Shown: in pieces, positions 54,819 to 64,000 of the stretch
How the letters are laid out: each line of letters opens with the position of its first letter
Numbering within the stretch: position 1 is the first letter of the stretch
The notes under the pieces: generated by a model
What the model was told of the DNA's origin: nothing
Seen by the model: only the letters and a program-made list of their open reading frames with translations
The model's database searches: none
NCBI RefSeq assembly: GCF_009914755.1
Contig: NC_060925.1
Reading direction: 5' to 3' (one strand)
Origin: the human T2T-CHM13v2.0 reference genome, Homo sapiens
Length of the DNA stretch: 64,000 nt
Made by a program: the position numbers and the translations under genes

Positions 54819-57800
54819 CGGATTCTGTGAATTCACATGAGCTCACAAGCAAGTCCATTCCCATGTGGTTCCCTGCAGCTCCGTTGGGCTCTGCGGGCTC
54901 CCACCGCAGCTGGCATGCCAGAGCACATGAGATGCCAAGCTGAGTCGTGTTCAGTGATAAGCAGTGAAAAGGGACTCTTTCTCTGTCTTTACATTACACT
55001 CTTCTGTAAGGATACAAATTCAAGATTGTTTGCACCCGTGTCTCTAAAGATTCTCTTGTGAAAACTGTTCCATTAGCATTTGCCCAGTATCTCCTTTCTC
55101 CAGAGTCCAGACACCAGCAAGTCTGCGGCCAGGCTGGGAAAGACTTCATGCTATTCTCTCCATTTCCCATTGCCTGTTCCCAGCAGCCTCTGCACTAACC
55201 TCCTCATCACAGGTCCTCTTTTCCTCCAGCAGGAAGGTTATGCAATTGTGCTGTTGGGGAGCTCTACCACTTGGCAGACAGAGCCTGAGAAGTCTGCATT
55301 CCCTGTAGGCTCAGGTGGGAATTCTGTCAAACTGGCTATTAATTTTTACTCCTAATAAAGTGCTACAGGCATTTAGAAATCAGAGACAACTTCATAAAGA
55401 AGATGTAAGTTGAACTGGGCTTTAAAAATAAGAAAATATTTTGACAGGAAAAGGGTTAAGCAGAGGTCTGGACAGAGGAAGCCCCATGAAAAGTGCAGTG
55501 CTTACAATAGCTTTGGGTTAAGTGTCAGATCTATGAAGGGGAGCAATGGGAGATAAATCTGGAAAAGTAGTTAGAGCAAAATTCTGGGGTTGGGGAAGGA
55601 CAGAAGAACAGATCTTGAACATGGATAATATCTTGGACTTCATGTGGTGGACAATAGTGAGCCAGTGAATGTAATGTAGTAGGGAAGGAGAATTGAAAAG
55701 CAACAGCATAGATGATAGGTGGGGTTGGAGTGAGGATGGCAGTGGTACAAAGGTGAGGCAGGGAAGCCAGCTGGAAAACCATCTTCACTCTCTTAATTTG
55801 TGTAATGGCTATCACACCAATTTTGTGAGCATTTTGAGTATAGAAAAAAATTATCAGAAAGTTTCAAGTATCAAGCTCATAGAGGTAGCTCCTGTATATT
55901 AAACACAATGACACATGATGAGACTCTTCTTGTGTCTAATAAATGCTCGTTAACCTAGTTTTCTACTGATAAGTTTAGAGATAAGAGACAGTTCCATCCA
56001 TTCATTATATTAACTGGCTTTCCATTTTTTAAAAAATTTATTCACCTTTACATTTAATTTACTTGTTAGAAATTTGGAGTTTCTACCATATTGTCTCTTA
56101 ATCCAAGGCTCCTTCTGAACCAGCTCTGACTGCCAAATAGAGATGTTTTGAGTTGAAGCATAATTATCACATTAAGCCATTTACCGAGACGAGAGACTAT
56201 ATTGGATGAGGACAGTGATTAAGAAGTTTCTATGGTATAAATAACCAGCATAGGAAAATCCAAATTTATTACTCCTATAAGGTCACATTGTCAAGGGAAC
56301 CGAGAGGGTGTGTGCTTCCATTTTAAACTGGCTTTTCAACAATAGGATTCTTGGTGGACTTATCTCACCCTAGTCCCTTTCTGGGTACCTTGTGCTCCAG
56401 CCACACCAAATTACTTGCCAGGTAATTACTCCCCAGGTGTCTACCAAACATGCCCCTGATTTTGTGTCTTTCATTTGGAAAATTTCTCCTTTTTTGTGAT
56501 CCTGTTCATCCCACTCAATTGACTTCAATATGTGTTTATTGCTAAGGGTGTCCACATAACATACCAGGGAAAATCAATACTGTTTGTTCTTTCGTTTGCA
56601 TCTTCTGGGCTGGATCATGTTCATATAGAGAGTTGTGATGCAAACCAAGATCTCAGAAAGCTCCCTACCCCATCTCATGCCCTTTGGTAATTATAAGATT
56701 TTGAGCTCCCATAATCTTATCTTGGTTCCTCTCTCCCAAAACCACACTCTGCTGGGAGGTGTTTCTTGGTGGCCTGATGTGCACACGTGGCACACAAATA
56801 CATTGGAAAGACAAAGTAATATGGAAGCTACTGTATGCCACTGGTGCAAGTTTAAAGCCTGCTACCTTTTGCCTTTTATTATTTACATAGGTACTTCTTC
56901 AGTGTGAGGGGTTTTCAACATTTTCCTCATGATAACAGTCATTATTGAGAGGCTCAGGCCAATAAAACAAATACATACGATGACAATAGCAATAAATGTT
57001 CTTTGATGACACGCATATGTATATATGCAGTGAGTTTCTAATCAAAACTTCTATCAGTAATAGTTATTTGGGTACAATAATACTATAGACCAGGGATCAT
57101 AAACTTAGATGTTTCAGCATCTAAGGTACGTAAATGAAGAGAAAGTATCGGTCTGGAGGAAATCCTTAGGGAGGGATGAAGATTAGAGCAATTGGAGCAT
57201 GCATATCTATTGAAAGGCACTTAAGTTCAACATAAGATATAAGATATTGTGCAAGGTAATCAAAACACTTTTAGGGGTGGAATTCTGTTCCTTGTAATCC
57301 CTGCATCACATCCTAAAGCCATCAATAAATGCTAAAACTCTGCCACCAAAATAGCATCTGAAGGTTATGCCTATATCTTAAAATTGTGAGTTATTGGCCT
57401 ATGGTTTCTTCTAAAAGCTTCATTGTCTTACCATTTAAAAATAGGTCTAAAATACATGTCAAATTGATTTTTATATAAAGTAATTTTTGTATAAAATGTG
57501 AGGTAGAATTCTCGTGCACTGCTGATGGGAATCATTCTGTTTTCCATAGCACTGGCAGAGCAGCTGCTATGGAAAACAGAATGGCACTTCCTCAAAAATT
57601 AAAAATAGAATTACCATATGAGCCAGAAATTTTACTTCTGGGTATATACCCAGAATAATTCAAAGTAGGGGCAAGAAGAGATATTTGTATACCCCTGTTC
57701 ATAGCAGCATTATTCACTAAAGCCAAAGGTGGGTGGAAGAAAGCCAGTGTGCATCAATGGATAAATGGATGGATAAAGAAAATATGGTACATGAAAAATA

Positions 57801-58506
57801 ATACAATATTAGTCATCTTTAATAAGATAATAAATTCTGACACATGCTATTGACATGGATGAACCTTGAAGATATTATGCTAAGTGAATGAGCCAGTCAC
57901 AAAATGGCAAATGCTATATGATTCTACTCATATGAGGTACCTAAACCAGTCCAATTTATAGAGACAGAAACTAGAATAGTTGTTGCTGGGCCTGAGGGAG
58001 GGGTGATAGGGAATGATTGTTTAATGATTTACAGAGTTTTAATTTGGGAAGATGAAAAAACTTCTGGAGCTGGATTGTGGTGACGGCTGCACAGCAATGT
58101 GATTGAACTTAATACCACTGAGATGAGCATATAAAAATGGTTAAAATGGTAAATTTTATGTTATATATTTTACCACATTATAAAAGTGAGATAAAGATCA
58201 CGGTTTAATTTGCTCCATATGATTATCCCATTGCTCCAGTACCATATTTTTAAAAAGAGCATTCTTTCCCCACTGTAGTGGTTTTATGTATTGTTCAAGA
58301 AATCTTTGCCCATCCACAATAGTCTGCAGTAATACATTAAATCACAACCAATCATGATTTAATAACAATTTACTACTGAGCATGATTTCTTACAGGGAAT
58401 GCAAGGTTGGTTTAACATTTAAAATTTAATCTATGTAAATCACTACATTAACACTTGATCATCTCAACAGATCAAGAAAAAAGAATTTAATAACATTCAA
58501 CACTTC

Positions 58507-58821
<315 letters not shown>

Positions 58822-59406
58822 TAACACTTATTCTTAATAATATTTCTCAGTAAACTAGTAACAGAGGGGAATTTTCTAAAATTGATAAAGTATATAATAA
58901 TTAATGGTGGAATATTAAATTATTTCCCCCATAGTTAGGAATAAGATGATAACATCAACTATCACTCTCTGTTGAATATTATACTGGAGGTCGTAGCCAA
59001 TGCAAAAAAACAAGACAAATAAATATAAGGTAAAAGGATTAGAACAGAAGTTAAACTCTTTATTTGCAGGTGACTTGATTATATTTGTAGAAAATCCAAA
59101 AGTGTCTCCAAACAGGGTTGCTGAATACATGATGAACATGTTGATCAAAAATGAGCAAAAATGCACTAATTTTTGTATATTAAAAATCAAAAATTGAAAA
59201 ATTAATTTGAAAATTACATTTAATAGAAAATATTAAATGCATTGGAATAAATTTAACAAAAGATGTGCAAAAACTCTACATTGAAAATTACAATACTTTG
59301 CTGAGATAAAGAAGACCTAACTAAATAGAGATTCCATTTTCATGGATTGGAAGGTTCAATATCATTAAGTTGTCAGTTTTCTCCAAGTTGATCTATAGAT
59401 TTGATG

Positions 59407-59634
59407 CAGTTGTTATCCATGGGGAGGGAGTGGCAATTTTGCTCCCAGAGGACATCTGGCAATTTGTGGAGACATTTTGGCATGTCTTTACAACTTGAGA
59501 AGTGCTACTGGCATCCAGTGAGTGAAGACCAGGTCTAGTACTGAACATCCTACAATAAACAGCACAGCGGCTCTCCCTAACAACAAAGAATTGTCTGGCC
59601 CCAAATTTCAATAGTGCCAGGTTGAGAAACTGTG
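59407..59634. mobile_element. MER20 (hAT-Charlie)
   Basis: ggacatctggcaat...ggagacattttgg...ctactggcatccagtg...ggccccaaatttcaatagtgccaggttgagaaac. Confidence 0.85.
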
Positions 59635-60077
59635 GTTTAATGGAATCATAATGCAAATCTCAAGTGTTTTTTAGAAACTGACAAGCTCATTTAGTGTTAA
59701 ATGGAAATACAAATTATCTAGAATCGACAAAACAATATTTAAGAATCAAAACTTGGAGGAATTATATTCTCAGAGTCCAGAACATTCTACAAACTATAAT
59801 AAGTAAGACCATGTGGAATAGGTGCACAAGTAAACAAGGAAACCTAAGAAGCAGAATAGAGTTTAGAAATACATATACACACACACATTTCCATTATAGG
59901 TGCTACTATAGTGGGGAAAGGATGCTCTTTCTAATATATGGTGCTAGAGTAATTGGATACTCATATGGGGGGAAAACAAACCTTGACATCTATCTCATGT
60001 AATAGGATAAGAGAAAAAAAATAGAAAAATTGGACATCATTAAAATTAAACTTTTTGTTCATTAAAAGACAATATTA

Positions 60078-60389
<312 letters not shown>

Positions 60390-60595
60390 TTATATCACAG
60401 ACTGGGAGAATGATATTCATAAAACATATCTGACAAAGGCTTATATCCAGAATATATACCAAACTTTTATAAATCAATTTTAAAAGAGGAGAAGCACATA
60501 ACTCAATTAAAAAAATGGCCAAAAGATTTAAATATGGTTTGAAAAAGACAGAAAAAAGACTTGAACATGGATCTCAGAATCGCCAATAAGCATAC

Positions 60596-61050
60596 TGTTA
60601 GTTCAGGTGCTTTGAGAAGCACATGCCAAGATTAGACATGAAAGGGATCTACTGGGGGCAATGCCAGTGAAGAAAAAAGGCGATGGAGCAGAAGAGGGGA
60701 AGAGCCCTTGACTGTCCTGCAGGTCTGACTTCTGTGAAAGGAAACAGGGAAGGAAGGAGGATTTATATAAGAAGGTCTTCAGATTGCACAGCAGTTCTGA
60801 GATAATCTGGCTCAAGCTGATAAGGAGTCTCTGAGCAAAGGTTGCTTATTGAAGAAGTACTCCATGGGGCAGACATTGCCCAGCTCTAGTAACTCTGCCA
60901 TGCTTAGTCCTTGGCAGGGAGCAGCCCAAGGGAAATGTGGCCTTAGCATAAATATTTGAAGATCTGGATGCTGGAGGTTGTCAATTAGCTATGCTCTTTG
61001 CAGCAGGCTCCCTTGAAAGGAGATATGAGTGGTACAGCTCCATGGCCACA
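60596..61050 (-). mobile_element. MLT1 (I/J/K-like) LTR
   Basis: tgttagttcagg...gaagcacatgccaaga...ctccatggccaca. Confidence 0.6.
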
Positions 61051-62141
61051 GCGTATGAAAGATGTTCAATGTCATTACTCATGAGAAAAATGCAAATTAA
61101 AACAGTGAGATAACTTTATTCATATACCAGGATAGAAAATATAAAAGACTGACAATAGCAAACACTGGTAAGAATGTGGAGCAACTAGAAATCTAATGCA
61201 TTGCAGGTGGGAGGGTAAATGTATTCAACTATTTTGTAAAATAGTTTGGTAGTTTCTAATAAAGCTAAATATATACCTACTTTATGACCTACAATTCCAC
61301 TACTACCATTTTCCCAAGAGAAATAAATGCTTATGTCCACCAAATGACATATACAAGAACATTCATAGCTTTATTCATTATTGCTAAAAACTAGAAACAA
61401 TCCCCTTGTTTATCGATAGGTGAATGAATAAATTATAGTTTGTACATATCATAGAATACTACACAGTAATAAAAATGAACAAACTACTGACATAATGACA
61501 GCATGAATGAATCTCACAGCATTTGTTGAGTAAAAGAAGACAGACACAAAAAGGTACAAAATTCAAGAACCAGCAAAACTAATCTATGGTGACAGAAGTC
61601 AGAATAAGGATTTCACTGGCAGAGGAAGTATTAGCTGAGAAGTAGCATGAAGGAACCTTCTGGGGTAATTGAAATGTTGTTTTTTTGACCTAGGTTGTGG
61701 TTTCATGGGTGTATACATATGTAAAAATTCATTGAGCTGTCTTTAAGATTTGAGCATTTTTTGTATGCACATAACTTAATAACATATAACTTGTTAATAA
61801 TAATACATAACTTTATGTAAATAATTTAAACCTGAGGGTTTTTTGTAAAGCATTTTTCTTTCAAAAAGTAGTTGAGAACCAAACAGATGACCAATATAGA
61901 ATGAGGAATTTTAATATAGATGGGAAATTGTAAGATTTATGTATTCAACAAGCATTTTTCTGGTACTTAGTATGTGCCAAAACATATGTTAGGAGGTAGG
62001 CAGGCAGAAATGACTGACATTGTTTCTTCCTTCAACAAAGAAAGGATAAAGGAGTTAAGGTTTACTTTATTGAGCTGCCATCACATGTTACAAGGATTGA
62101 ATCCTTACAACAATATTGTCAAGAAGCCAAGATTAAACCAT

Positions 62142-62660
<519 letters not shown>

Positions 62661-63729
62661 AACCATAAATCAGGAAAAAGCAGTTAAATATCATGATCAT
62701 TAAGTGGCATTAAAGATCATGATCATTAAGCCCAGATGCTTTGATTCCAGAAGCAATGGTCTTTCTATCACAGTAGCCTCCTCAAGTCATAAAGATTCTA
62801 CCGTTTCATTATGGGCAAAGATCTGTACACACAAGGTCATGAGAGGACCACTGGGACAGAAAACGATAATATGTGCTTGTGTTGTCACAGATCTCTAAGT
62901 GCTAGCATGTTCTGAAAGGGGGAGATAAATTTGGACTTCAGGAGCAGGGACCCCTTTGCACTCTTTGCCCTCGTTCTGACAGATTTCCATTCAGCCCAAC
63001 ACATGTTGATTGAATGGCCACTCTGTGCTGCCTTCTGATGCTGTTCAAATAGACATATAAGAGCATGTTTTGTTATGGTCTCCCCTGACTGAAGGCAGAT
63101 GCTACAAGTTCTTAAGTCTGTCTTTAGGGAATCTTTGTATTGTTTAATGGTCTGTCTGACAGCAGCTATTTGTACCACTCTGCTGGCAGCAGGAAATTGA
63201 GGGTTCTTCTGTTCTTAATGCCCAAGATGTGACCAGCCCAATAAACGGGTGCTGATGGCAGAAGGGCCCGTATTCTCTAAGCACGGGCCAAATACCTTCT
63301 AGCCCTAAAATTGACAAATGGGGCTGCTGTGTGGAAAACAAACAAACAAAAAACATTGAAGCAAAACATTGAGTGGTGTTACAGGAGTCTAAAGTGGCTG
63401 GGCTTAGCTTCAATATCAAATAAAGGTTACTGGCTCAGCCCAACATCAGCTCCTAACACACACAGGTGTCCAAATATTTCCCTTGAAATTCTTTTATTGA
63501 TTGAGGAAAGGCATTCAGTTAGGATTAAATGTGGATCATTCAAATGCAGTAAACCAGTAGATTTTCCACCTGGCAACAGAAGGCTCAATGGCAACTCCGT
63601 ATTTAATAGTAGTCTTTCCATACAAAAGAAACAGTAAATATATGAGCCCTCATCTATCGATGAGATGAAATTGAAGCCACTAACTACTATCTCTTACATT
63701 CCTCTACTTAGATTTTTTTGCTTCTTTTA

Positions 63730-63985
63730 GATGGTGTGCCCAATGAATACATCCAAAAAATTAATACTCAGGAATGTGTGCTCTGGATTCAGACTGCCTG
63801 GGTTCAAGCTCTGACGATGTCACCCACTAGCTGTGTGATCTTTGCTGGTTAATCTTGCTTTGCCTCAATTTCCTCATCCATAAAATGGGGATAATACCCA
63901 TTACTTCACAGAGTTGATTGTGAGGATTAAATGAGATATACATGTGAGGGAGTCAGAACTCATAAATGTTAGGTGTCATCATCAT
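63730..63985 (+). mobile_element. MIR
   Basis: ctctggattcagactgcctgggttcaag...gcctcaatttcctcatccataaaatggggataata...ttgtgaggattaaatgag. Confidence 0.85.
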
Positions 63986-64000
63986 TCTTAACAAGCTAGC

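Noticed and set aside
58915-60002. RT-like ORFs (LFAGDLIIFVENPK)
   Set aside because: Short decayed L1 ORF2 pieces interrupted by stops and insertions; not an active element.

Overview
Human genomic DNA from the 1p13 EWI-family cluster; the proteins match human PTGFRN and CD101 as I recall them, apart from three missense differences. The window holds the last two exons and ~3.4 kb 3' UTR of PTGFRN (EWI-F/CD9P-1, + strand). An ~11 kb repeat-rich spacer follows, then the complete CD101 gene (EWI-101/IGSF2, + strand). CD101 has 9 coding exons that join into a 3066-nt CDS (1021 aa): signal peptide, 7 V-type Ig domains one per exon, TM and an acidic tail. A probable non-coding 10th exon lies inside a solo ERV LTR. 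The last ~11 kb is mostly L1/Alu/LTR/MIR. Nearly all unlisted ORFs in the track are repeat-derived or chance. I see no convincing new protein-coding system. The best second-look items are: (1) a ~135-bp templated copy of CD101 exon 7 patched into an L2 in intron 6 and later split by an Alu; (2) an LTR with a 4-bp TSD that appears to supply the CD101 terminal exon and poly(A) site; (3) a coherent antisense unit (TATA/CCAAT promoter, strong acceptor, AATAAA hidden in the exon 8 polypyrimidine tract) covering exon 8; (4) an in-frame internal acceptor in exon 3; (5) miRNA/alternative-polyadenylation architecture in the PTGFRN 3' UTR; (6) several palindromic or compound micro-rearrangements. Repeat subfamily names and most repeat boundaries come from recalled consensus sequences and are approximate.
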